This document shows positions 24,852 to 32,000 of a stretch of DNA of 32,000 nucleotides, piece after piece. The DNA is from a virus. Below the pieces are notes generated by a model. That model was given only the letters and a program-made list of their open reading frames with translations, made no database searches and was not told the origin of the DNA. Both the position numbers and the translations under genes were made by a program. The DNA lies in the IMG/VR virus record IMGVR_UViG_3300029374_000341, positions 1 to 32,000 of that record, one strand, 5' to 3'. Each line of letters starts with the position of its first letter. The first letter of the stretch is position 1.

Positions 24852-25593
24852 TAAAGTCCTCCTTTAAATGTTCTTACTTTAACTCGACCAAATGCATATT
24901 TTTCAACTGCATAACGCATCGAGTCCATTAAGTGGTTAAAATCATCAATTGGGCGGTTAATTTTGTTGCCCAATCTATCTTCATCCCATGTGTAGTTTCC
25001 TATTTCAGTTATGAAATTAACACATCTAGGATGAATGATAATTTCGAAATCTTGAATATACTGAATTCCATGTGTAATGGAATCCTTTCCCTTTTGTGAC
25101 TTTTCAACACGAAGACCATACCCCCTAAGTTCATCAATTGACTTAGGTTCTGCACAGTCTGCCGTGAAAGACTTCTTTTGATAATGTGAGCTTTCAATCT
25201 CTTCATAAAGCCTTTTATTAGAAAGGCCTTTTTTATAAATTTCATCCCAAACATAGAGTTTCTTATGTTCTGTATCAATGAAACCTATAAAAACTGCAGC
25301 AGGATCATTTGTATAACCGAAGTCAATACCATTTACAGATTCACAGTCAATAACCTGATCTAGTGTGAATTCTTCCTCTTTCCAATTCTCATAAACCAAT
25401 CCATCAACAATACCCCAATTTCCTAATCCAGCAACTTGATATCGTCTAGGATTGTTCTTCTTCATGTTTTCAAACAACCTTAAATCGGCATCATCCAACC
25501 ATTCATTACACTTATAATTGGTTGTGATAGCCAATATATCAGGGTCATTCTCTGCATCAAAGAAACGTTTTTTAAGCCAATGGTGTTCGTTCC
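24851..25593 (-). CDS. terL: terminase large subunit, exon 2 (nuclease half)
   Basis: The frame continues ...(W)NEHHWLKKRFFDAENDPDILAITTNYKCNEWL... There is no SD before the track's ATG at 25606. It joins in frame to exon 1 at the predicted splice sites. Confidence 0.8.
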
Positions 25594-26509
25594 CATTTGT
25601 GTTCATGTAAGGTCGTTAATCTTACACCGCTTTCGCAGCTCATTGTTACCAATGAGATCAGACTATATCACCATCTTGAATTTTCAAGATGCCCCCCATT
25701 TCCGCTCACTTGAGCGTACTCCATTAAAAAAACCGCATTAACTGCGGTTAGGATAGTCGTTAAACTTTTTTTATTTTCATTCCGTTAATAACACATTCGT
25801 TTGATTTAGATAATTTATTTATTAATTTAGTTGATAAATTATATCTCTTTTGTAATTGATATCCGCTTATAAATACTTCACCTGTTGTCTCGTTTATATA
25901 CTTTCCAGTTAGTTCGATTTCTATAAGCTCTCCAGATTCAACCATTTTATAAACCTTATGCCTTGTAACACCTAAACAATCAGCAGCTTCTCTCATTGAT
26001 GAAAAACATTGTTTTCCATCTGGTGTAGAAACTGGCTTTCTTATTGAATTGTTTAGATCTTCTTTTTGTTCACCAGTCCATACATTTGCTATGGTCTTTT
26101 TGTGCTTTTCTGTATAAGCGATTTCTTTATCTATTGCATCTTTTTTTGTGCTTGCAGTATCAACGATTGCTATTTCAACATCTTTGAACAATTCAAGATT
26201 GTTTGCAATCATGTATTTATGTATTGGCTGTTGACGTGTTTTATCTCTAAAGCCTCTTCTATGCTCATTGATACGAGCACCGATTGTCCGTGTGCTTCCT
26301 ACATAAATAATCTTTTGTGTTTTAATTTCTCTAAATAGATATATGTAATAAAATGGTGTTTGTTTCATATCTATATTTTACCATTATATTCCATTCCAAG
26401 CAACAAACGAAAATAAAACTTAGCTTTTGATTGCCCTCTCTTTCGAGTAGGGTTTTCCAAAAATTAAAGGGGTTTTCATATAAAATCACTTTTATATGCC
26501 GCAAAATCT
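25594..26509 (-). mobile_element. putative group I intron (about 916 nt) carrying a GIY-YIG homing endonuclease ORF
   Basis: It interrupts the terL frame precisely. Exon CCGU pairs with intron GCGG, giving a U.G wobble at the 5' splice site, and the last intron nucleotide is G. Hairpins are dense on both sides of the HEG ORF, several with GNRA loops. Confidence 0.7.
25760..26368 (-). CDS. GIY-YIG homing endonuclease (I-TevI-like architecture)
   Basis: 202 aa. FYYIYLFRE...IIYVGSTRTIGARINEHRR carries the GIY / YIG / R..E motifs. C-terminal HTH-like segments (REAADCLGVTRHKVYKMV; YQLQKRYNLSTKLINKL). Confidence 0.85.
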   Translation of the reverse strand: MKQTPFYYIYLFREIKTQKIIYVGSTRTIGARINEHRRGFRDKTRQQPIHKYMIANNLELFKDVEIAIVDTASTKKDAIDKEIAYTEKHKKTIANVWTGEQKEDLNNSIRKPVSTPDGKQCFSSMREAADCLGVTRHKVYKMVESGELIEIELTGKYINETTGEVFISGYQLQKRYNLSTKLINKLSKSNECVINGMKIKKV

Positions 26510-27023
26510 ACGGGTTGAATGTAATCATCCACTGTTTCCAAAGATAAGGCGGTAACTCACCACGAATCGACTCATCCAATGTATCAAAGTCTTTTTCGCT
26601 CGTTATTTCATAAGCTTCTTCGAGCCATACCCAACATAGAAACCCATAATCTACAGTAATAGATGTTATTTTTAACGGATCATCAAGCCCTCTAAAGAGA
26701 ATCTTCTGCCCAGTTGGAAGATATGTTGCCTCCAAAGGCGAATATTTAAATTCCCATAAGTGTTCAACCTCTAATCTTCTTGTTGCCCATTTTAAATCCG
26801 TGAAGCACGAATCTTTAAGTGTTCGATAAGTCTTACGAACTACCAATGTATTCGACTTATCATACTTCATCATGTTGTAGATAATTCGCAATGCAGTTGT
26901 TTTTGACTTCTTAGAAGCACGAGAACCTTTGCATGCTGCATAACGTCCCCTGAAGTTCCAATAGGATTTATATCCTTTTCCAACTATTTTAGGTAAATTG
27001 ATAGATTTAGTCTTCAAGCTCAT
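26510..27023 (-). CDS. terL: terminase large subunit, exon 1 (ATPase half, PBSX/Terminase_3 type)
   Basis: From the ATG at 27023 (AAGGAG upstream). Walker-A-like CKGSRASKKSKT, then ...WVWLEEAYEI...LWKQWMITFNP, with a TAG immediately after the predicted 5' splice site. Confidence 0.8.
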
Positions 27024-27504
27024 CCTCTCCTTCAAACTTAGGTACTACGATTTCTGATTGAACTTTATCTGTAAACAGTGAATATCTTTTTCCAAGTAAT
27101 TCTGCAGCTTTATTTGCATCAGAAAGCTTTGCAGGAATCTCAACAATTTGAGGAACTTCTTCTTTGACTGTTTTCTTTCTCGGCTTTCCATCTCCTGTAT
27201 CGACATACTCTGAGCGTTCTTTTGTCACTGTAACAACAACAGATTCCTTCATTTCTCGTCGCATTACTTTTGTGAGGTATTCCATGACTTCTTGAACATC
27301 TGCTATCTTTCCCGAACTGACTTTTTCAAGTTGTTCATCAATATAAGCTTTGACCTTAACATTTCTTAACAATCTTGAAGCAGCAGACATTGCAGCACCA
27401 TCTGACTTTACATGAGGATACGCAACTTTATATGCCCTTGTTGCATTCAGATCAATCAAATACTCGTCTACAAATATTTTCTGCTTTTCAGTCAACTTAG
27501 CCAT
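27007..27504 (-). CDS. terS: terminase small subunit (Terminase_2 / P27 family)
   Basis: 165 aa. MAKLTEKQKIFVDEYLIDLNATRAYKVAYPHVKSDGAAMSAASRLLRNVKVKAYI is the classic N-terminal HTH region of this family. Confidence 0.9.
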   Translation of the reverse strand: MAKLTEKQKIFVDEYLIDLNATRAYKVAYPHVKSDGAAMSAASRLLRNVKVKAYIDEQLEKVSSGKIADVQEVMEYLTKVMRREMKESVVVTVTKERSEYVDTGDGKPRKKTVKEEVPQIVEIPAKLSDANKAAELLGKRYSLFTDKVQSEIVVPKFEGEDELED

Positions 27505-27584
27505 AGAATTCCTCCTTTCATTATTTTGAAATTAAATATCTGTCTTAATGCCCTTTCCATCCTTTTCTTGGTGAGCCAGCTCCT

Positions 27585-27926
27585 CTAACCCACAATTGAT
27601 CTACTTCTATAGATATTCCATACTTTCATAGCTCTAGGCATATCCATGTAAAGAGAAAAATCTGGTGTAAGAACACAGTCATACTGTTTTAAGACATTCA
27701 CATATCGTTCGGGAGTGTTCCAAATGCGCTCAAACTGATAATCATCAATAAACATATGAATTCCAGATTGATAATTCTTTGAAGAGATTGCTTCATTGAA
27801 TCCAATTAACTCATTAGGAATATGAAGTGTCTTTTTAATAACAGGCATTTCAAATGGGCCATCTGTTTCAAATGGATCATATAAATCTAGATTGTATTTT
27901 TTGATTGTTAGTTCTCTTCCTGGCAT
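27585..27926 (-). CDS. DUF4417-like protein, apparently truncated
   Basis: 113 aa from the ATG at 27926 (AAGGAGG SD). GIHMFIDDYQFERIWNTPERYVNVLKQYDCVLTPDFSLYMDMPRAMKVWNIYRSRSIVG* matches the N-terminal half of DUF4417. As I recall, family members are roughly twice as long. Confidence 0.55.
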   Translation of the reverse strand: MPGRELTIKKYNLDLYDPFETDGPFEMPVIKKTLHIPNELIGFNEAISSKNYQSGIHMFIDDYQFERIWNTPERYVNVLKQYDCVLTPDFSLYMDMPRAMKVWNIYRSRSIVG

Positions 27927-27947
27927 GGAGCACCTCCTTTCTTGCAT

Positions 27948-27978
27948 AAAAAAAGGGAATATCTTTTTTGATACACCC
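27948..27978 (-). terminator. promoter-proximal terminator in front of the late operon
   Basis: Minus strand GGGTGTATC-AAAAAA-GATATTCCC (9 positions, one U.U and one G.U) followed by TTTTTTT. It lies between the 28019-28027 promoter element and the first late-gene RBS. Confidence 0.45.
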
Positions 27979-28018
27979 TAAATCGCATATTTTGTAACAG
28001 CTAATCTCTTACTAATCC

Positions 28019-28027
28019 ATTATATCA
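28019..28027 (-). promoter_or_regulatory. extended -10 element TGATATAAT of a putative late promoter
   Basis: Perfect TGnTATAAT on the minus strand. The 12-bp palindrome GTACTTTAGTAC (28039-28050) sits where a -35 would be. Confidence 0.45.
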
Positions 28028-28060
28028 GAGATTAAAGGGTACTTTAGTACGCTTTTTGTT

Positions 28061-28540
28061 TTATATTTGTTTGATTTGTTGTTTAACTAATGATTTCATG
28101 TGTCGATTCACATTTGATATATGGTATTGCATCTTCAATGATTCGTAAGATTTGTTGTCGAAGTAATCAAGAATAAATTGTACTTCATCACTTTGTTTAA
28201 GCAATTCAAGATAAGACATTGCTTTGCATAAACTATACCTCATCACTTGTAGTTCTTGAATCAATTCATCTTCATAATCAAACACTAATCCATTTGAATT
28301 TGAATGATACTTAGATCCTGGTGCTTTGTATCGTGCATCTTCATCGACTAGCTTACCTTCCCAATCTTTAACTTTAATTGTGATTCGTTGCCAATTCAAC
28401 GGACTTTTATATCCTCTATCATAATTTAATAAATCAGATACTTTACTTAATTTATTTTCAATCTCAGTGATACGTGCAATGTACCAGTCAATATTGCGTA
28501 TCTGTCTGATTACATATGATGCATCTTCATTTGAAATCAT
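28061..28540 (-). CDS. putative late transcription regulator (sigma region-4-like C-terminus; ArpU/RinA/DUF1492-type by position)
   Basis: 159 aa from the ATG at 28540 (TAATG overlap). It is the last gene before the late promoter. The C-terminus (QFILDYFDNKSYESLKMQYHISNVNRHMKSLVKQ) resembles an HTH of sigma-70 region 4. Confidence 0.4.
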   Translation of the reverse strand: MISNEDASYVIRQIRNIDWYIARITEIENKLSKVSDLLNYDRGYKSPLNWQRITIKVKDWEGKLVDEDARYKAPGSKYHSNSNGLVFDYEDELIQELQVMRYSLCKAMSYLELLKQSDEVQFILDYFDNKSYESLKMQYHISNVNRHMKSLVKQQIKQI

Positions 28541-28770
28541 TAACCTAAATATCCTTTCGCTCTGTATGCACATTCAAGTTCATAAACTGAAAGCTTATGA
28601 TCTAAAAGATATTGAACTTCTGCCGACATATTTCTTTTGATAATTTGGTCCATCAAAAATATATCTTTCTTTTCAATATTGTTTTGATAGCAAAGTCTGC
28701 CTAGCTCTTCAATTTGTTTCATTGATTTACTAGCACTTGATAACATTTGAGTATTGCTCCACGCACTCAT
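28540..28770 (-). CDS. hypothetical phage protein
   Basis: 76-aa ORF translationally coupled to its neighbours. Confidence 0.55.
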   Translation of the reverse strand: MSAWSNTQMLSSASKSMKQIEELGRLCYQNNIEKKDIFLMDQIIKRNMSAEVQYLLDHKLSVYELECAYRAKGYLG

Positions 28771-28774
28771 TTAA

Positions 28775-28990
28775 TCACTTCCTTTTCTTTTTATTTTCAT
28801 TTACAACAACTGAGCCACGATTCCATGATTCATCACCAGTGTGATATCTTCTTTCGTTTGCTCTTTCCTGGTGTTTCTTATATTCTTTTAATCCTAGATT
28901 CTCACGTTCCAATCTAACAATGTAATCTATAGTGTTTTGCAAACATTCTCTTATATTTTCATCATGGATATCGTTTACGTTTGCATTCAT
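28775..28990 (-). CDS. hypothetical phage protein
   Basis: 71 aa from the ATG at 28990 (TGATG overlap, GAGGTGA SD). Basic C-tail. Confidence 0.55.
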   Translation of the reverse strand: MNANVNDIHDENIRECLQNTIDYIVRLERENLGLKEYKKHQERANERRYHTGDESWNRGSVVVNENKKKRK

Positions 28991-29172
28991 CACTTCTTCA
29001 CCTCTGCTCCAACGTTCTTAACAGACTCCATAAAAGAAGCAATACGTACAGTTCTTAGAAGTGCTATCCATAATTTCTCATTATCATTCTTCAACTCTTC
29101 GATTTTACTCAGCATTACAGCACAACATAGAACTGATCCAATAAGAAAACCAACTATAAAGTAGAACATCAT
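28990..29172 (-). CDS. small membrane protein, unknown function
   Basis: 60 aa with an N-terminal TM (FYFIVGFLIGSVLCCAVML). Confidence 0.5.
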   Translation of the reverse strand: MMFYFIVGFLIGSVLCCAVMLSKIEELKNDNEKLWIALLRTVRIASFMESVKNVGAEVKK

Positions 29173-29399
29173 TCATTCTCCTCGACAAATTCAATTTGTT
29201 CTCTATCTACACAAAATCTTGCACCATCATTAAATTCGATGTCGTACAAATATCTAGTCGTGCCAACAAGTACACAGATATTTTGCTTATGCGTAACATT
29301 ACCAATTTTACCGACATAATCTTCTTTGTGCTTACCAGTACTACTAATCAATTCATATTCGTATTTATCAGTAAGATACAGTAGTCTAGCTTTTAGCAT
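29169..29399 (-). CDS. hypothetical phage protein
   Basis: 76 aa from the ATG at 29399 (TAATG overlap with the upstream ORF). Confidence 0.55.
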   Translation of the reverse strand: MLKARLLYLTDKYEYELISSTGKHKEDYVGKIGNVTHKQNICVLVGTTRYLYDIEFNDGARFCVDREQIEFVEENE

Positions 29400-30064
29400 T
29401 ATTCGATTACCTCGCAATTATCTAAGATTTCACAAATTGGAATTTTTGTATCAATGTTTTTAAAATATCCTTTTTCACGCATTTTAAACAAATGTGTTTG
29501 ATTTGCAATGTTATTATACGTTTTATAATCTTTATGCACGCTTAACAAATCATACTCAAATTGAGTTAATTTATACTTTGGTTTTGTATAACCAAGATCA
29601 TTAAACATCTGCTCATCAGTTTTTTCTTTGTGTTCCTCATCAATTCTTTGGAACGGTGCCCAAGCAACAATAGGTTCGCAAGGAACAAATGCTTCATCAT
29701 CTTCATCTTCTTCTTTCTCTTTTACATATTCCTCATATTTATCGACTATAAATTCATCCATTTCTTGTTTTGTAATCCCTAGGCTTAATAATTCATTTTT
29801 ATAATTCATTCCATAAATCCATGAATCTATATCTAAATATTGCTCTAGTGAATAGTTATCAACATCTATAAATCTACACCGACATTCTAGAATGTATTTC
29901 TTATACTGGTCTATTTTTTCGGCTAAATCATTTATTTCTTTTTTTGCTTGTGCAACCTCTTCACTATGTAATTCTTGTTCCTCTTTTAGCTTTCTTTTTA
30001 AATACTCGTTATTAGACTTTAACAAATCATATGCTTTTAGTGACATTTGAACAAACTCTTCCAT
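29399..30064 (-). CDS. hypothetical phage protein with N-terminal coiled coil and acidic linker
   Basis: 221-aa ORF whose start overlaps the upstream stop (TAATG). Confidence 0.65.
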   Translation of the reverse strand: MEEFVQMSLKAYDLLKSNNEYLKRKLKEEQELHSEEVAQAKKEINDLAEKIDQYKKYILECRCRFIDVDNYSLEQYLDIDSWIYGMNYKNELLSLGITKQEMDEFIVDKYEEYVKEKEEDEDDEAFVPCEPIVAWAPFQRIDEEHKEKTDEQMFNDLGYTKPKYKLTQFEYDLLSVHKDYKTYNNIANQTHLFKMREKGYFKNIDTKIPICEILDNCEVIE

Positions 30065-30234
30065 TAAAAATCATCCTCCTCGTTTGAATCATCATTAATA
30101 ATTGCGTTGTATAAGTATTCAATACGTTCTCTGTATTCCTCTTTTGTGATTTCTGACAAAGGCTTTTTGAATCCTGTAGGCAATAATTTAAATCCGAATT
30201 CTTTTTCAAATTTATCTAAATCTTTTTCTGTCAT
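30064..30234 (-). CDS. hypothetical small phage protein (56 aa)
   Basis: Below the track cutoff. MTEKDLDKFEKEFGFKLLPTGFKKPLSEITKEEYRERIEYLYNAIINDDSNEEDDF*. ATGA overlap upstream and TAATG overlap downstream. It fills a gap that otherwise holds only implausible ORFs. Confidence 0.55.
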   Translation of the reverse strand: MTEKDLDKFEKEFGFKLLPTGFKKPLSEITKEEYRERIEYLYNAIINDDSNEEDDF

Positions 30235-30443
30235 ACATCCACCTCATCATCGGCAGGCATTTGAAACAAAGTATTGCCTTGATACGTTGATACTTTTTCA
30301 ATCATATCTAAAACTAACAGAGCTTTTTCTTCGGTTGAATATTCACCAATGAATGAACAACCAGCCCATATTTGTTTATCATGATAAATGGTTACATCAT
30401 GAATTTCTGTTAATTTTTTTCTATCCTGACTCCGAATCCACAT
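30231..30443 (-). CDS. hypothetical phage protein
   Basis: 70-aa ORF in the operon frame. Confidence 0.55.
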   Translation of the reverse strand: MWIRSQDRKKLTEIHDVTIYHDKQIWAGCSFIGEYSTEEKALLVLDMIEKVSTYQGNTLFQMPADDEVDV

Positions 30444-30445
30444 AC

Positions 30446-30943
30446 CTAGTACCCCTTCACTAATCTTTCTTTATTGATCTCATTCTTGCGAATATATTCG
30501 TTGTAGATTTCCCCAAACGAATATCCTAAATGCAATCCTAATGCGATTACGTAAGCTAATACGTTATCATCTCGTGTTAAACTGATTACACAACTAAATG
30601 CATATGCCTGTCCAAATCCTAAATCAGTTTTTAACTTGTTATAATTCCGCTTAATGTCCTCGTCTTGATAACATCCTGTACCGAACTTGATTTCGTACAT
30701 TAATGCGAAATGCACAACATCAATGTATTCTTCAAATACTTTGGCAGGGTCTTTTTCTTCTTGAGTGAACTTCCACCAACACCAATCCGATTTTTGAGCG
30801 TGCATCAATTCTCCTAATTCATCAAACAATGCACTTTCTAATTGGCTTTTAGAAACATAGTCAACATTATGTTTCTTAAATACTTCCGTATCATATGCTT
30901 TCTGTCTTTCAAGCATATCTTTAATCATTTCTGTACTTGTCAT
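30446..30943 (-). CDS. dimeric (all-alpha) dUTPase / dUTPase_2 family
   Basis: 165 aa. ALFDELGELMHAQKSDWCWWKF...EEYIDVVHFALMYEI...IYNEYIRKNEINKERLVKGY follows the dimeric dUTPase pattern. AAGGAG SD. Confidence 0.75.
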   Translation of the reverse strand: MTSTEMIKDMLERQKAYDTEVFKKHNVDYVSKSQLESALFDELGELMHAQKSDWCWWKFTQEEKDPAKVFEEYIDVVHFALMYEIKFGTGCYQDEDIKRNYNKLKTDLGFGQAYAFSCVISLTRDDNVLAYVIALGLHLGYSFGEIYNEYIRKNEINKERLVKGY

Positions 30944-30955
30944 TTGTTTCTCCTT

Positions 30956-31279
30956 CTATTTTGAAAACAATAGTTTCCCTTTCTGTTCCGCCTTAAATTC
31001 TTCATATCTTTCAATCATTTTAGGTGTTGCCCATTCAGGTATGCCTTCAAAAACTTCTAAAATTTTAGTGCCTTTGTAATGAGCTAATTTATATTTATCA
31101 TCAAATAAATAAACTCTATTCCTGATTTGCAATCCTTTTTCTTTGACTTTTCATACATATTCCCATTTGCCTTCGATATTTCTTTCAATAACCGAATAGC
31201 AAATTTCAACAAATCTACATAGATTGATTTCGTCTTTTCTTATGTAATTTGCTTTTCTCATCCTTGTTTCTTTATTCAT
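30956..31279 (-). pseudogene. ORF interrupted by one in-frame TGA (42 codons + TGA + 64 open codons)
   Basis: AGGAG SD 6 nt before the ATG at 31279. The TGA lies at 31153..31151. The same frame then stays open for 64 codons to the TAG at 30956-30958, with no plausible restart codon or RBS. Confidence 0.5.
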
Positions 31280-31290
31280 TCTTTACTCCT

Positions 31291-32000
31291 TTAAAATAAT
31301 TGTGTTTCTACGTTGGACAACATCTTTTCTTTTGCTTCGTTATAAAAGTTCTTTTTAATTTCAAATCCATAACAACTTCTTTTTAATTCCGCACAAGCTC
31401 TAAGTGTTGAACAACTGCCAGCTACCGGATCAATAACTACGTCTCCTTCGTCCGTATAAATCTCAATCAACTGTTTCAACAGATTTACTGGCTTTTGCGT
31501 TGGATGAATCTTCGGTATGTCTTTTCCATCACGTTCAAATTCAAACCAATCTTTAATCATTTTTCCAGTTCCTTTAATCGGTTTTCCATCTTCTCCAATT
31601 TGTCTACCATTTCTAAATTTTGGTAGCTTATCTCGCCACAACACTAAAGCGCATTCAGTAGCACCTACAATTCGCATATTTGCTTTAAGCACTTGTGATG
31701 ATGATTTCTTTACAAAGAACAATGGTTGCGTATGTTTGAAACCAAATTGTTTTGAATATTCAGTAATCTCATTCAACTGTTGCCATGAACAAAATATAAT
31801 CATACATGGTGCTTGTCCTTTTTCTTTAGGCTCTTTTTTTAATAATCGAGTACAAAAATTGAAAAAATTATAGATTTTAAAATCATTGTCAGTATCAAAA
31901 AATTCACTATTAGCTTTCTTTGATTCTCCATTTTTATTGTCCCCCCCCACGTACCAATCACTTCTGCTACCATATGCATTTTTACCAATGTTATACGGTA
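31291..32000 (-). CDS. DNA methyltransferase (N6_N4_Mtase family, DPPY type), 5' end outside the window
   Basis: The frame is open to the window edge and reads ...PYNIGKNAYGSRSDWYVGGDNKNG... (end of the DPPY motif IV). The C-terminal part has HPTQKPVNLLKQLIEIYTDEGDVVIDPVAGSCSTLRACAELKRSCYGFEI (motif I region). Confidence 0.85.
   Translation of the reverse strand, partial: PYNIGKNAYGSRSDWYVGGDNKNGESKKANSEFFDTDNDFKIYNFFNFCTRLLKKEPKEKGQAPCMIIFCSWQQLNEITEYSKQFGFKHTQPLFFVKKSSSQVLKANMRIVGATECALVLWRDKLPKFRNGRQIGEDGKPIKGTGKMIKDWFEFERDGKDIPKIHPTQKPVNLLKQLIEIYTDEGDVVIDPVAGSCSTLRACAELKRSCYGFEIKKNFYNEAKEKMLSNVETQLF
31941..31948 (-). repeat. G8 homopolymer inside the methyltransferase coding sequence
   Basis: CCCCCCCC on plus, giving GTG GGG GGG GAC (V G G D) on the coding strand. 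It is the longest G/C run I noticed in this AT-rich window. Confidence 0.9.

Noticed and set aside
25594-26509. Free-standing homing endonuclease that splits terL into two separately translated genes (no splicing)
   Set aside because: The downstream half has no SD. The two halves join in frame at a U / terminal-G pair with a P1-like U.G helix, and the non-ORF parts are densely structured. This remains the main alternative until splicing is shown.
30027-30352. Track ORFs 30027-30209 (minus) and 30107-30352 (plus)
   Set aside because: Their composition is implausible and they conflict with the tightly coupled 56-aa ORF 30064-30234 and with ORF 30231-30443, which continue the operon with ATGA/TAATG overlaps.
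30231-31279. Genetic code 4 (TGA = Trp) as the explanation for the in-frame TGA
   Set aside because: Very long ORFs (1270, 1006 and 611 aa) are intact under the standard code with Trp encoded by TGG throughout. TGA also functions as an apparent stop at coupled junctions (for example 30231-30233, 28990-28992, 4121-4123).
1-32000. CRISPR arrays, tRNA/rRNA genes, IS elements
   Set aside because: I found no regularly spaced direct repeats, no cloverleaf-compatible segments in the intergenic regions, and no transposase-like ORFs flanked by terminal inverted repeats.

Overview
Low-GC (about one third G+C by eye) Bacillota-type DNA. From about 2.4 kb to the right edge this is the late/structural half and part of the early region of a temperate siphovirus-type prophage. 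It is transcribed almost entirely on the minus strand, with many TAATG/ATGA stop-start overlaps. Minus-strand gene order, right to left: DNA methyltransferase (partial at the window edge, with a G8 tract), an ORF interrupted by an in-frame TGA, dimeric dUTPase, seven small early ORFs, a sigma-like putative late regulator, a truncated DUF4417 gene and TerS. Next comes a PBSX-type TerL split by a ~916-nt putative group I intron carrying a GIY-YIG homing endonuclease, then an SPP1-type portal, a MuF/gp7 head protein with an extra C-terminal domain and a small ORF. A phage-encoded Prp-like cysteine protease follows, then scaffold, major capsid, four connector/neck proteins, major tail protein, G/G-T chaperones (UUUUUUA -1 slip site), tape measure, Dit, Tal and the tail fibre. 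Left of the tail fibre is the most unusual locus. The only long plus-strand gene, a tyrosine recombinase, abuts two promoterless alternative tail-fibre C-terminal cassettes. Both cassettes and the expressed fibre gene share an identical 13-bp core in inverted or direct orientation, which I read as a tyrosine-recombinase shufflon that switches the receptor-binding tip. Next come two accessory genes (DUF3850/ASCH-like and DUF2829/Tad2-like), an r1t-type holin, a membrane coiled-coil protein and an amidase endolysin. Positions 1-2.4 kb are the junction and flank: an AT-rich intergenic tract with repeated extended -10/terminator units, a BAX-inhibitor-1/YccA membrane protein, a small membrane protein and a GC-rich degraded terminase remnant. 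I saw no tRNA, rRNA or CRISPR array. All family assignments come from motif recognition by eye, not database searches.
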